A DNA stretch of 64,000 nt from an uncultured Clostridia bacterium (GTDB lineage: Bacteria > Bacillota > Clostridia > Christensenellales > UBA1242). The stretch is from positions 1,139 to 65,138 of the forward strand of contig CANQOO010000006.1 in the NCBI GenBank assembly GCA_947625515.1. The letters run 5' to 3'. Positions within the stretch are counted from its first letter, which is position 1, and the number at the start of each line of letters is the position of its first letter. The notes beneath the pieces are model-generated. The model had not been told where the DNA came from. It worked only from the letters and a program-made list of their open reading frames with translations, and made no database searches. Below are positions 8,467-18,617 of the stretch, piece by piece. The position numbers were made by a program, and so were the translations under genes.

Positions 8467-9381
8467 TTACATAATATCACGCAAACATTCCGTCACTTTT
8501 GACATATGTTTCTCGGATGCCATGATTGTGATGAGAATGTTGTTTTTATGGTCGCAAATGATATATTGTCCATTGCCATCGCGAAAAACAATATCGTCTT
8601 TTGAAATCCAAGTGAAATAACCGGCAGAAAGTTTTGGGAAAACACGCTCTTTTTTGTAATAATCGTGACAATCAAATTGGGGCTTGGTCATTTCCTGTAT
8701 CCATTTTTCTGGCACAATTTGCTTTCCGTTAAATTTTCCATAATTGAAAAGAAGTTGTCCCAATTTGTGAAAGTCTTTAAAGTTTAAATATAAACCCGTT
8801 GCACCGGCACAGTAATTCCCAAAATTTTCCCGTTTAAATTTTTTAATTTGCAAAGGTTTAAAAATTCTTTCATTCACAAAATCCGAAATGTTCATTCCAA
8901 AATTCTCTTGAAAAAACACAGATAAAAGATATGGCTCAACATTTGAGTATGTGAAATGTGTATTTGGCTCATATTTGAGCGGTGTTTCAAACAAAACGTC
9001 GAGAAGCTTAAACTTGTCCAAAGTTTCAACATGAGATTTATTAAACATCATTTTCTCAAAACCTGTTGAGTGTGTTAAAAGCGTTCTGATTGTCCACGCG
9101 TCAAATCTTTTGTCAGGCTTGACCAAAGAAAGATTTTTTAAAGTAGGGAAAACTTTTGTATTTAAAGAAAGCGGTTCTCCATTTTTACAAACAAACTTTT
9201 CCTCTATCGCAATTCCATAAGCAAAAGCAATCAAAATTTTGGCACAAGAGCGAAGTTCGTGCAAAGAAATTTTGTTTATTTCTCTTAATTCGCAAATCCC
9301 CCCCCCGCTTTCCACAACAATGCTGTCAACTGCAACATCGTTTTGTCTTGCGTTTTTCAAAAATTCTTCAATCAGTTTCAT
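8467..9381 (-). CDS. Serine hydrolase of the beta-lactamase/transpeptidase-like family
   Basis: 304 aa with an SxxK motif (LRSCAKILIAFAYG) near the N-terminus and size and spacing typical of class-C-like esterases/FLP proteins. No signal peptide. Confidence 0.55.
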   Translation of the reverse strand: MKLIEEFLKNARQNDVAVDSIVVESGGGICELREINKISLHELRSCAKILIAFAYGIAIEEKFVCKNGEPLSLNTKVFPTLKNLSLVKPDKRFDAWTIRTLLTHSTGFEKMMFNKSHVETLDKFKLLDVLFETPLKYEPNTHFTYSNVEPYLLSVFFQENFGMNISDFVNERIFKPLQIKKFKRENFGNYCAGATGLYLNFKDFHKLGQLLFNYGKFNGKQIVPEKWIQEMTKPQFDCHDYYKKERVFPKLSAGYFTWISKDDIVFRDGNGQYIICDHKNNILITIMASEKHMSKVTECLRDIM

Positions 9382-9408
9382 AAAACTCCTACATGATGAT
9401 TATTTAAA

Positions 9409-9960
9409 TTATTTTTCATAAAATTTCAGGCACTTTTCGTAAATTTCGTCAGCAATTTCTTCCGGAGTGCGATTTGTGCTGTCAATCACAAGGTCATAAT
9501 TTTCTTGGGACAAGTTGTCGAAGCCGTAAATTTTTTTGTATCGGTCGTTTTCCAAATTGAAGCGGTTGACAAGGTGTTTTCGAGCCTCTTCCACATCCTC
9601 AATTTTTTCTTTGCCTGTGCGGTCGGATGTGGCAAGCCGGCGAGCCATTTCTTTTTCGTCAACATCCACAAAAACCTTAAACGACCTTGGCACAAAATGC
9701 CACGCAAGGCGGCTGTCAAAAATCACCTTCTGCCCGTCAAGTTCTTTGCCCAGGCGGGCGGATTCGTTGTCGATGAAAAAGTCATATGCCGGGTCCGTCA
9801 GACAATAGGCATTAAATTCTTCGGCATTCATTCCGCGTCTTGCTGCCTCCGCCTTAAACATGTCGCCCACGCCAATGCGGCGATAGCCAAACTTCTCCTC
9901 CAAAATTTTGCCAACGGTGGATTTTCCACTGCATGGTTTTCCTGTGATTGTGATAAGCAT
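9409..9960 (-). CDS. (d)CMP kinase, archaeal-type/cytidylate-kinase-like P-loop kinase
   Basis: 183 aa. MLITITGKPCSGKSTVGKILEEKFGYRRIGVGDMFKAEAARRGMNAEEFN closely follows the archaeal Cmk pattern (P-loop, then GD.FR..A...GM...EF). Confidence 0.65.
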   Translation of the reverse strand: MLITITGKPCSGKSTVGKILEEKFGYRRIGVGDMFKAEAARRGMNAEEFNAYCLTDPAYDFFIDNESARLGKELDGQKVIFDSRLAWHFVPRSFKVFVDVDEKEMARRLATSDRTGKEKIEDVEEARKHLVNRFNLENDRYKKIYGFDNLSQENYDLVIDSTNRTPEEIADEIYEKCLKFYEK

Positions 9961-10060
9961 ATCGTCCTCCTCTACTTTTTTGGAATTTTAACTTAAATTT
10001 TTGCAATTTCAATTTAATTCTTTGAAATTTCAGCTAAGCATTTTTGAAAATCTATATTTA

Positions 10061-10126
10061 AGCATCCAAGCAATTCAATGTTGAACATCTTTCAGCATCC
10101 AAGCAATTCAATTTTAAACATTCTTG
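10061..10126. repeat. Tandem 33-bp direct repeat in the divergent cmk-like/khpB promoter region
   Basis: AGCATCCAAGCAATTCAATGTTGAACATCTTTC (10061-10093) is followed directly by AGCATCCAAGCAATTCAATTTTAAACATTCTTG (10094-10126). Confidence 0.7.
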
Positions 10127-10287
10127 AAAGCCTCTTAAAGATTCTTATAAAAATTTTATCATAAATCGCTAAAAAAACAAAATTTTTGACCGCTTTTTCA
10201 AATTCGCTTGCAAAAGAATGGGCAGATGTGATAAAATCAAGCGAGAGGTCAAGCCGAAAGCGGCTTAAAGGAAAAGGAGAAACAGCA

Positions 10288-11175
10288 ATGCGAGAATGCG
10301 AAGGAACTGGCAAAACAATTGAACAAGCGGTGCAAAATGCACTTTTGGAACTTAGGGCCCCGCGTGAAGATTGTGACATCAAGGTCCTCAGCGAGGGCGG
10401 ATTTTTGAAGAAAGCAAGAGTTTTGGTGTCAATTTCGGCGGACGCACAAGAAAAGTATGAGAAAAAGGACAAAATCAAAGAGCTTCTTAAAGAAGAGAAC
10501 GACGAGGACTTTGCCGAAAATTTCATGAAGCGTAAGGCTGATGTGCAAGAAGCAAAACAAAGTGTCAAAGAGTCTCAGAAAGAACACCGTGCTGAGGGCG
10601 AAGTTCACAAAATCACAGAAAATGCACAAAATGTGCAAGCAGAAGAGAAAAAGCAGAAAAGCAAGGCTCAGGCGGACGAGCAGGTTGAAACTGCCGCAAC
10701 TGAGGTCAAAACTGCTGACAGAAAAAGGACGCTCACCGGCGAGCAATTTTTGGGCGGTGTGCTGGATTCATTGGGGCTTGATGCACAAATTGAAAAATCT
10801 GAGGATGACAAATTTTTGCGATACAACCTCACCGGCGACAATCTGAACGATTTGATTGGACATCACGGCGAATGTATGCTGGCACTTTCGCAGATTATGA
10901 ACTCTGTTTGCGAAAGCGGACACAAGAAAATTGTGCTGGATGTGGAAAACTATCGTGCCAGGCGTGAAGAGAGCTTGATTGCTCTTGCACAACGCACTGC
11001 CGACAAAGTGGCACGCACTGGAAGATATTTCAAGTTTGAGCCAATGGACGCCAGTGAACGCAAAATCATTCACACTGCCTTGCAGTCAGACGAACGCGTC
11101 ACCACACTCAGCAAGGGCGAAGAGCCACGCAGATATTTGATTGTTTTCCCAAGAGACTACGACCAAAGAGACTGA
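10288..11175 (+). CDS. khpB: RNA-binding protein KhpB (Jag/EloR): Jag_N, KH and R3H domains
   Basis: The tracked ORF starts at 10186, but the ATG at 10288 has an AAGGAGAAA RBS and gives the typical N-terminus MRECEGTGKTIEQAVQNALLEL (Jag_N). A K/E-rich linker follows, then a KH-like region and the C-terminal R3H motif ERKIIHTALQSDERVTTLSKGEEPRRYLIVFP. Confidence 0.8.
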   Translation: MRECEGTGKTIEQAVQNALLELRAPREDCDIKVLSEGGFLKKARVLVSISADAQEKYEKKDKIKELLKEENDEDFAENFMKRKADVQEAKQSVKESQKEHRAEGEVHKITENAQNVQAEEKKQKSKAQADEQVETAATEVKTADRKRTLTGEQFLGGVLDSLGLDAQIEKSEDDKFLRYNLTGDNLNDLIGHHGECMLALSQIMNSVCESGHKKIVLDVENYRARREESLIALAQRTADKVARTGRYFKFEPMDASERKIIHTALQSDERVTTLSKGEEPRRYLIVFPRDYDQRD

Positions 11176-11596
11176 AATATTTTGACGGCTGCGACTGAGG
11201 CAACGCAAAATTTTTCAAGAAAAATAATTTCCTGTTGAAAATAACTTTCAAAAATCTCGTTCGTGAGATGTGAAATTGCGACAGGCGGAATGGATGAATT
11301 GACAAACGTCAAAAATGCCAAAAATCACGCTGTTTATTGCAAAAACTTAGAAAAAACAGGGAAAAAATTAAAAAATGGAACTTTATCGAGACAAAGATAA
11401 CGTTCTTTTTTTTACCAAATCTATCACAAAACCAATTAAAGTTTACCAATTTACTTCTTTACGTTCCCCAAATTTACTTAACTTAATTTTCACCAATTTC
11501 ACCATGACGGAATAAGAAATAAAAGCAAAAGTAATTTTTGGCAAAATTTGCTTTTTTGCCAAAAATGCCGGCTGCTTTGCAGTTTTAAAGGAGAAT

Positions 11597-12334
11597 ATGG
11601 TGATTGGAAGGATAAGATTTTTGAACGGAAAAAGAAATTTTGTTTGGCGGAATTTTGGCGGCACATCGCAAATTCAAACCCGCGAAACCCGAATGATTTT
11701 CTGTGCCGGCGAGCAAGAGCCAGAAGAGGTGGAAGAAAGAAATTTGCGTGCCAAGAAAGAGCTTCAAAGTGGCTCTGCAATGTCCGCACCCGCAACCGAG
11801 AAAGCGGGAAAAATGGTGTTTTTGCGGGGTGATGAAACCTTCTCATCGCAGGCACCAAGCGGAATGACAGCCGATGAATATGCACGCGGCACGGCGTCAA
11901 ACGATATGACGCCTGAAAATACGCATGGCTTTTTGTCTGAAAATATGATGCACGGCTTGGCGGCAGATGACCGTGCAGGCAAGGATTTTGCAGACGACGC
12001 AACTGAAAAGTTGGATGAGGACCAGTCTGCCGAAGACAAAGAACGTTGGCAACGCGATGCTCAGCCTCATCAGTCCTCGCGACAAAGATTTGTGGCCGGC
12101 GACGATGATTGGCAGGTGCATCAGCATGCACTTTCAGGTAACGCGTTTGAAAATGGACACCCAAACCTAAACACATTTTCAGGCGGGCTTGCAAATGAAA
12201 ATCCAGATAGATTTTCAAGCGGACAGATGAAGGGGCAAGACTTAGAAGCCCAACAAGTTGCAGGGCAAACAAATTCTTCTGCCAAACTTCCGCCGCTAAA
12301 ATTTCGCCCTGTTTCAAGCGATGTGAAAAAATAG
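11597..12334 (+). CDS. Hypothetical acidic, low-complexity protein
   Basis: The AAAGGAGAAT RBS is directly upstream of the ATG at 11597, and a terminator-like hairpin lies downstream (12450-12471). The product is D/E/Q/G-rich with no recognisable motif. Several frames are open here, so coding status is uncertain. Confidence 0.35.
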   Translation: MVIGRIRFLNGKRNFVWRNFGGTSQIQTRETRMIFCAGEQEPEEVEERNLRAKKELQSGSAMSAPATEKAGKMVFLRGDETFSSQAPSGMTADEYARGTASNDMTPENTHGFLSENMMHGLAADDRAGKDFADDATEKLDEDQSAEDKERWQRDAQPHQSSRQRFVAGDDDWQVHQHALSGNAFENGHPNLNTFSGGLANENPDRFSSGQMKGQDLEAQQVAGQTNSSAKLPPLKFRPVSSDVKK

Positions 12335-12449
12335 GAAATGCTCTAAATTATACGCAAATATATTTGCAAATAAAAATATGCATAGAAACAAAACTAACAA
12401 AAATAGGGGAACAGAATAAAACAAAAATTAGCAAAATAAATTAAAAAAA

Positions 12450-12471
12450 CGCCCAAAAAAGGCGCTTTTTT
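12450..12471. terminator. Probable bidirectional intrinsic terminator between convergent genes
   Basis: AAAAAAA-CGCC-CAAAAAA-GGCG-CTTTTTT. The GC stem is short (4 bp) and is flanked by an A-run and a T-run. It lies between the ends of 11597..12334 (+) and cadA (-). Confidence 0.45.
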
Positions 12472-12624
12472 GAATAAAACATTTTTACTTTTCTGTTGTT
12501 TTTCTTCTTTTATTTTTTCTTGTTAATTTTTTTGTTATTTTTTCTTATTTTTTCTTCATGTAATTTTTTTGTTAAATTTCTTGTTGTTTTTTCTTCTTAT
12601 TGTTTTGTTTGTTGCTTTTTCCTA

Positions 12625-14658
12625 TTAATTTCTTTTCTTGCCTGCTGGCTTGAAATAGAGGGCTCTCATGCTGTTTAAAACTGCCAGCAGTGTGACCCCA
12701 ACATCCGCAAGCACTGCAACCAACATACTGGCAAGCCCCACGCCCACAAGCACCAAGGCGGAGATTTTGATGACGGCGGAAAGAAGAATGTTTTGCCAAA
12801 CAATTTTTCTTGTGTAGCGGGAAATTTTCACGGCTGTCACAATTTTTTCCGGGTTGTCGTCCACAATCACGATGTCGCTTGCCTCAATGCTTGCCGGTGC
12901 TCCATTTATGCCCATCGAAAAGCCAACATCTGCCACCGCAAGTGAAGGTGCATCGTTGATGCCGTCGCCGACATATCCCACTTTTTGCTTGGATTTTTTG
13001 CAGTTCTGCAAAAATTCAAACTTTTGCTCCGGCAGAAGTTGGGCATGCACGTCATCAATCCCAACCGCATTAGCCACGCTTGTCACGCTTTCAAGGCTGT
13101 CGCCAGAAAGCAAGGCACATTTCACGCCAATTTCGCCAAGTTGTTTGCAAGTGTCAGCGGACTGCGGCTTGATGGTGTCGCACAATTCAATTCTGCCCAC
13201 CAATTTGTCGTTTTTGAACACTTCAACGCAAGTGGCCTTCAAAGTTTTGTCCTTTCTTCCCACAAAATATTTCGCATTTTCAAATTCAAACTCCACGCCT
13301 TTTCCGGCAATTTCGCGGACATTTTGCGTTTTTTCAAGCTTTTGCTTGCACGCAGCGACAATGGCTTTGGCAAGTGGATGGAGGGAATTTTGCTCCCCAA
13401 GAGCGACAAGATGAAGCACCTCTTTTTGCGTAAAACCTTCCTGCGGCTCAATTTTTTGAATTTGAAAATTTCCTGTAGTCAATGTGCCTGTTTTGTCAAA
13501 AGCGACCATTTGAAGATTGGAGCAGGCATCCAAAAAGTTTGAACCCTTAATCAGCACGCCGTTCTTGCTGGCGTTGCCAAGGCCGGAAAAATATGCAAGT
13601 GGCACGCTGATGGCGAAGGCACACGGGCAGGAAACAACCAAAAAGCCCAGCCCTCGGCGGAACGCTTCCGACAGGTCTCCCAGGCACGCCCACACAATTC
13701 CCCACACCAAAACTGCACATATCACCACGCCAAGGGTGTACCATCGCGTGATTTTGGATATGAAAGTTTCTGTTTTGGACTTATTTTCGGTGGCGTTTTC
13801 AACAAGGTCCATAATTTTGCTTATTGCACTGTCGGCAAAAAGACTGGTCGTCCGAATTTTCAGCACTCCGTCAAGCACAATTCCGCCAGAGAGAATTTCG
13901 TCATTTTTGCCCTTATGCACCGGAACGCTCTCGCCGGTCAGGCTTTGATTGTCCACAAGTGCTTGCCCGTCCACGATGACTCCGTCAATTGGAACCTTTT
14001 CGCCGGGACGCACCAAGATGATGCTGCCAATCTCCACAACTGCTGGGTCAGTGGTGACAACTTTTCTCCCTTTCACCACATTGGCAAATTCGGGACGCGT
14101 GCGGGCGAGGCTTTCAATGCTTCTGCGGCTTTTGCCAACCGCCAGTCCTTCAAAGATTTTGCCGAGGGAATATAACGCAATCACCATCAGCCCTTCCATG
14201 TGTTGACTCACAATCGACGCCCCCACAACTGAGATTGTGATTAACAAATTTTCATTCACAATGCCCTTGACAAGCAGCGTAGCCGCTTTCCAATATGTCT
14301 TATAGCCCAAAAGCAAGGCACTTAAAACATACAGCGTCCAATATGCCCATGGCGGCATCGGGCAGAAGAAAATCAAAGCCCCAATCGCCACGCCAACAGC
14401 AAGCGTGCAGATGTCGGCAATCAAATTTTTCCGGGAATGTGCGTCTGCTTCGGAGATTCTTGCTTGCGGTTCGATTTGTTTTGTGAGGAGTTTAATCTTT
14501 TCAAGTGCCGCTTGAGGCTGCTCGCTCTCAAACACAAGACTGTTTTTGACAAACTCAATTCTGGCATTTTGCACGCCGTCAAGTTTGTTAATCTCATTTT
14601 GCAAATTTCTTGCACAATTTGGGCAGTCAAGCCCCAAAATCTTAGCCTTTGTTTTCAT
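12625..14658 (-). CDS. cadA: Heavy-metal (Cd/Zn/Pb-type) translocating P1B-type ATPase
   Basis: 677 aa with an N-terminal CxxC metal-binding domain (GLDCPNCARNLQ), the transmembrane CPC motif (VVSCPCAFAISVP), the phosphorylation site DKTGTLT, SLHPLA and GDGINDAP. Confidence 0.9.
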   Translation of the reverse strand: MKTKAKILGLDCPNCARNLQNEINKLDGVQNARIEFVKNSLVFESEQPQAALEKIKLLTKQIEPQARISEADAHSRKNLIADICTLAVGVAIGALIFFCPMPPWAYWTLYVLSALLLGYKTYWKAATLLVKGIVNENLLITISVVGASIVSQHMEGLMVIALYSLGKIFEGLAVGKSRRSIESLARTRPEFANVVKGRKVVTTDPAVVEIGSIILVRPGEKVPIDGVIVDGQALVDNQSLTGESVPVHKGKNDEILSGGIVLDGVLKIRTTSLFADSAISKIMDLVENATENKSKTETFISKITRWYTLGVVICAVLVWGIVWACLGDLSEAFRRGLGFLVVSCPCAFAISVPLAYFSGLGNASKNGVLIKGSNFLDACSNLQMVAFDKTGTLTTGNFQIQKIEPQEGFTQKEVLHLVALGEQNSLHPLAKAIVAACKQKLEKTQNVREIAGKGVEFEFENAKYFVGRKDKTLKATCVEVFKNDKLVGRIELCDTIKPQSADTCKQLGEIGVKCALLSGDSLESVTSVANAVGIDDVHAQLLPEQKFEFLQNCKKSKQKVGYVGDGINDAPSLAVADVGFSMGINGAPASIEASDIVIVDDNPEKIVTAVKISRYTRKIVWQNILLSAVIKISALVLVGVGLASMLVAVLADVGVTLLAVLNSMRALYFKPAGKKRN

Positions 14659-15022
14659 TTTTCATCTCCAAAACATGCTCCGTGCTGACCTCAAATACCT
14701 GCCTCACGTGCTCGTCCGCAAGCGAGTAAATTGCCTCCTTGCCTTGGCGGGTGCAGGTGACAAGCCCCATCTCTCGCAAATTTTGCAGTTGGTGTGAGAT
14801 GGCGGACTTGGTCATATTTAAAATTGCACTTATGTCACAGACGCAGAGGTCCTGTTTGTCGAGGGCGTTGATGATTTTAATCCTTGTGCTGTCCGCCAGT
14901 GCCTTATAAAAATCGGCAATGTCAATTAGGATGTCGTCCGAGAGCATTTCGTTTTTGGTTTTTTCAACATTTTCGTGATGAATGGTGTTGCAGTCGCACA
15001 TCATGCATTTACATTTTGTCAT
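14642..15022 (-). CDS. cadC: ArsR/SmtB-family metalloregulator (CadC-like)
   Basis: 126 aa with a Cys-rich N-terminus (MTKCKCMMCDC), LCVCDISAILNMTKSAISHQLQNLREMGLV (wHTH with the CVC metal site), and a 17-nt overlap with cadA. Confidence 0.8.
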   Translation of the reverse strand: MTKCKCMMCDCNTIHHENVEKTKNEMLSDDILIDIADFYKALADSTRIKIINALDKQDLCVCDISAILNMTKSAISHQLQNLREMGLVTCTRQGKEAIYSLADEHVRQVFEVSTEHVLEMKNENKG

Positions 15023-15087
15023 AAACTTCTCCTTTTCTCATAAAGTTGTTAGGCGTTTTGCAATATCATATGCAAAACTTTGCAAAC

Positions 15088-15134
15088 GGTTGAACGAATA
15101 TTCAACCGTATTATAGTTGAATGCATATTCAACT
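15088..15134 (-). promoter_or_regulatory. Two ArsR/CadC-type operator palindromes upstream of cadC-cadA
   Basis: GGTTGAA-CGAATA-TTCAACC (15088-15107) and AGTTGAAT-GCAT-ATTCAACT (15115-15134). Both are TTGAA..TTCAA inverted repeats 66-112 bp upstream of the cadC start. Confidence 0.55.
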
Positions 15135-15465
15135 GTCAAGCGTTTTGCTGGAAAAAATAAAAAAAATTCATTTATTTGAAATGGGGCAGGAGAAAAACAA
15201 TTTTTTAAGTGGGAGGAAAAAATTTCTTGCGGGCGGAAGGAACATTTTTGTGGTGGACAGAAGAATGAATTTTTTCTAATAGAGGCATAAGAAAAATTTT
15301 TGTCCAAAACGGGCATTTTGATTTTTGCGAAGAGATGTTGCCAGAAAAATTTTTGTGCGGATTGTTATTGTTTTATAACAAGCCCAATGCAATTTTGGGG
15401 CAAAAATCGAGATGGAAATTTTGAAAAATTTTTTAAATTTTGCGTGGCATAAAAATTTTAAAAAA

Positions 15466-15513
15466 ACACCATATGTTGTGATATTTGTTTGACTCAAACA
15501 CTATACATGGTGT
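15466..15513 (+). promoter_or_regulatory. Two NrdR boxes overlapping the nrdD promoter
   Basis: ACACCATATGTTGTGA (15466-15481) and ACACTATACATGGTGT (15498-15513) fit the ACACnAnAT..nTnGTGT consensus and start 32 bp apart. The second abuts a TGTATAAT extended -10. Confidence 0.7.
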
Positions 15514-15553
15514 ATAATCGTTTCTGTAAAAATCAACATTTAGGGAGCAAATT

Positions 15554-17707
15554 ATGCAGGTTATCAAAAGAAATGGCAGTGTTGTGGACTATGACCCTTC
15601 CAAAATCAAAAACGCCATAGCAAAGGCAAATAAAGAGGTTGACCAGTCTCAGCGTGCCACAGACGCACAAGTGAAAGAAATTCTTTCGCACATCCAAGGT
15701 TTGGGGAAATCTCGACTTCTTGTGGAGGATATCCAGGACATTATTGAAGAAAAACTTATGTCCTATGGCCACTATGAACTTGCCAAAAAATATATCATAT
15801 ATCGCTACAATCGGGCGCTTGTGCGAAAAGCCAATACAACCGACCTTGCCATAAAGGAATTGATTGACGGCGAAAATGAATATTGGAACACCGAAAACTC
15901 CAACAAAAATGCCCATGTTGTCACCACGCAGCGAGATTACATAGCCGGCATCACAAGCACGGACATCACGCGAAGATTTTTGCTCCCAGAGGAAATTGTC
16001 AAGGCACATGACGAGGGCATCATTCATTTTCATGATGCGGATTATTTCGCCCAAAACGCACTTCACAATTGCGATTTAATCAATTTGGAGGACATGCTTC
16101 AAAATGGCACAAACATAAACGGCGTCATGATTGAAAAGCCGCATCGCTTCCTCACCGCCATGACCATTGCCACCCAACTTATCACTGCCGTTTCGTCCAG
16201 CCAATATGGCGGGGCGACAATCACGCTGACCCACCTTGCCCCATTTGTTAGGGACAGTTATAACTATTATCTGAAAAGATATAATAGTCGCGGGCTGTCG
16301 CCAGAACAGGTCAAAAAATTTGCTGAGGAAGATTTAAAGAAAGAAATCGTGGACGGCGTGCAGACTTTTCAATATCAAATCAACAGCATGACCACCACAA
16401 ACGGCCAGGCACCTTTCCTTTCTGTTTGCATGTATTTGGGCGAGACGCAGGAATATAAGAAAGAACTTGCCATGGTGATTGAGGAAGTGCTTAACCAACG
16501 CATTTTGGGCATGAAAAATGATAAGGGCGTGTATATCACCCCGGCGTTCCCGAAACTTTTGTATGTGCTTGAAGAGGACAATATCCACGAAGACAGCCCG
16601 TATTGGTATCTCACTCAACTTGCCGCAAAATGCAGTGCAAAGCGAATGGTGCCAGATTATATTTCAGAAAAAGTGATGAAACAACTTAAAATTGACCAAA
16701 ATGGCAACGGTCAATGCTATCCGTGCATGGGCTGCCGCAGTTTCTTGACGCCATATGTGGATAAGGACGGCAAGCCGAAATATTATGGCAGATTCAATCA
16801 AGGTGTTGTCACAATCAATTTGGTGGATGTCGCACTTTCTGCTGACAAAGATATGGATGCTTTTTGGAAAATTTTTGACGAGAGGCTGGAATTGTGTCAC
16901 CAAGCACTGCAAATTCGTCACAAACGTCTTGCAGCCGCCACCAGCGATGTTGCACCAATTCTTTGGCAATATGGAGCTCTTGCAAGGCTCAAAAAAGGGG
17001 AAAGTATTCATGAACTTTTGCACAACGGCTATTCCACCATTTCGCTTGGCTATGCGGGGCTTTATGAATGCGTGAAGTTTATGACCGGCAACAGCCACAC
17101 CGATAATGGCGTGGGCAAGGAGTTTGGGCTGCAAGTGATGCAGCACATGAATGACAAGTGCAAAGAATGGAAGGCTGCCGAGAGCATTGATTACAGCGTG
17201 TATGGCACGCCTATTGAAAGCACGACCTACAAGTTTGCCAAGGCCTTAAAGAAGCGTTTTGGCACGGTGGAGGGCATCACGGACAGAGGATACATCACAA
17301 ATTCATATCACGTGCCGGTGTTTGAAGAAATTGACGCGTTTTCAAAACTGAAACTTGAAAGCGAGTTCCAAAAACTCAGCCCAGGCGGAGCAGTTTCCTA
17401 CATCGAGGCTCCAAACCTCACAAACAATTTGGAAGCGGTGATTGAAATCATCAAATTCATTTACGACAACATTATGTATGCCGAAATCAACACCAAGAGC
17501 GATTATTGCCAAGTATGCGGATTCGATGGCGAAATGCAAATTGACGAAAATTTTGAATGGTTCTGCCCAAATTGTGGCAATCGTGACCACTCAAAGATGA
17601 ATGTTGCCCGCAGAACTTGCGGATATATCGGCACAAATTTCTGGAACAAGGGACGCACGCAGGAAATCAAAGAACGTGTTCTGCACCTTGACAATAAGGA
17701 CGCATAA
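15554..17707 (+). CDS. nrdD: Anaerobic ribonucleoside-triphosphate reductase (class III)
   Basis: 717 aa with an N-terminal ATP-cone (VIKRNGSVVDYDPSKIKNAI), the C-terminal Zn-ribbon CQVCG...CPNCG and the glycyl-radical motif RRTCGYIG. Confidence 0.95.
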   Translation: MQVIKRNGSVVDYDPSKIKNAIAKANKEVDQSQRATDAQVKEILSHIQGLGKSRLLVEDIQDIIEEKLMSYGHYELAKKYIIYRYNRALVRKANTTDLAIKELIDGENEYWNTENSNKNAHVVTTQRDYIAGITSTDITRRFLLPEEIVKAHDEGIIHFHDADYFAQNALHNCDLINLEDMLQNGTNINGVMIEKPHRFLTAMTIATQLITAVSSSQYGGATITLTHLAPFVRDSYNYYLKRYNSRGLSPEQVKKFAEEDLKKEIVDGVQTFQYQINSMTTTNGQAPFLSVCMYLGETQEYKKELAMVIEEVLNQRILGMKNDKGVYITPAFPKLLYVLEEDNIHEDSPYWYLTQLAAKCSAKRMVPDYISEKVMKQLKIDQNGNGQCYPCMGCRSFLTPYVDKDGKPKYYGRFNQGVVTINLVDVALSADKDMDAFWKIFDERLELCHQALQIRHKRLAAATSDVAPILWQYGALARLKKGESIHELLHNGYSTISLGYAGLYECVKFMTGNSHTDNGVGKEFGLQVMQHMNDKCKEWKAAESIDYSVYGTPIESTTYKFAKALKKRFGTVEGITDRGYITNSYHVPVFEEIDAFSKLKLESEFQKLSPGGAVSYIEAPNLTNNLEAVIEIIKFIYDNIMYAEINTKSDYCQVCGFDGEMQIDENFEWFCPNCGNRDHSKMNVARRTCGYIGTNFWNKGRTQEIKERVLHLDNKDA

Positions 17708-18035
17708 AAACGCCTGGACAATGGCAAAAACTTAATTTAACCAATGCAAAAAAAAGAGAGTGATTTAATCAGCAAAAGCAGAAGCATTTTAATTGCAAAA
17801 TACAACAATAAATTACACTGAAAATTGCTTAGACGAAAAAAATAAAAAGCGAAAAAATGGCCAAAAATGCGGGATTTTTGTCAAAAAAACTAGAAAAATA
17901 AAAATTTTATTGAGCAAAAATAAGCAAAAAAAATGAACATTTTACAAACATTTTTCTGCTTGTAAAACACGTGCGGGAAATTAGATTAACACAAATAAAA
18001 AAATATAGATGCGAGTGAAAAATTTGGAGTGCAAA

Positions 18036-18551
18036 ATGAGATATAACAAAATCAGAAAAATGGACATATCCAATGGCCCGGGCGTGAGGGTTTCCATCTT
18101 CATGCAGGGCTGCACATTCAACTGCAAAAATTGTTTCAATCCGGAGACGCATGACTTTCAGGGTGGCGAGGAGTTCACAGATGCGACCATCGATAAAGTG
18201 CTTGCATTGGGCGTGCCGGATTACATCAAAGGGCTGTCCATTTTGGGCGGCGAACCAATGCATCCAATCAATGTGGCAGGCACCGAAAAATTGGCGAAAG
18301 CGTGGAAGGAAAAATTTCCTCAAAAAACCGTTTGGGTGTGGAGCGGCTTTCTGTTTGAAAACATCAAGGACCGTGCCGCTTTGCGATACATAGACATCCT
18401 TGTGGACGGGCAGTTTGTGGACGAGCAGAAAGATTTTCGCATGAAATATTGCGGGTCGAAAAATCAACGGATTATCGACGTTCAACGCAGCCTCAAGGAG
18501 AATCGGACAGTTGTTTTGACCGAAGATGACGTGGGAAAACTTGGAAAATGA
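18036..18551 (+). CDS. nrdG: Anaerobic RNR activating radical-SAM protein
   Basis: MRYNKIRKMDISNGPGVRVSIFMQGCTFNCKNCFNPETH carries the CxxxCxxC cluster motif in NrdG context. I chose the ATG at 18036 (GGAG RBS) over the tracked start at 18009. Confidence 0.9.
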   Translation: MRYNKIRKMDISNGPGVRVSIFMQGCTFNCKNCFNPETHDFQGGEEFTDATIDKVLALGVPDYIKGLSILGGEPMHPINVAGTEKLAKAWKEKFPQKTVWVWSGFLFENIKDRAALRYIDILVDGQFVDEQKDFRMKYCGSKNQRIIDVQRSLKENRTVVLTEDDVGKLGK

Positions 18552-18617
18552 GGAAAAATGTTGCGACATTTTTGCAACATTTATTAAAAAGAGAAAACGC
18601 AAAAAAGGCGAGAAATT

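Noticed and set aside
11499-12317. 272-aa reverse-strand ORF opposite 11597..12334
   Set aside because: The product is an R/L/H/P-rich string typical of an antisense read-through. It has no RBS, whereas the + ORF has AAAGGAG and a downstream terminator. Even the + ORF is only a low-confidence call.
12480-12630. T-rich low-complexity stretch (TTGTT/TTTTCTT words) downstream of cadA, including the 60-aa ORF 12496..12678
   Set aside because: It is a simple-sequence 3' flank with no defined repeat unit, and the ORF product is poly-F/L nonsense.
15421-15553. Riboswitch upstream of nrdD
   Set aside because: The conserved elements are two 16-bp NrdR-box palindromes 32 bp apart, overlapping a -10 box. 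This indicates DNA-level repression rather than a structured leader.
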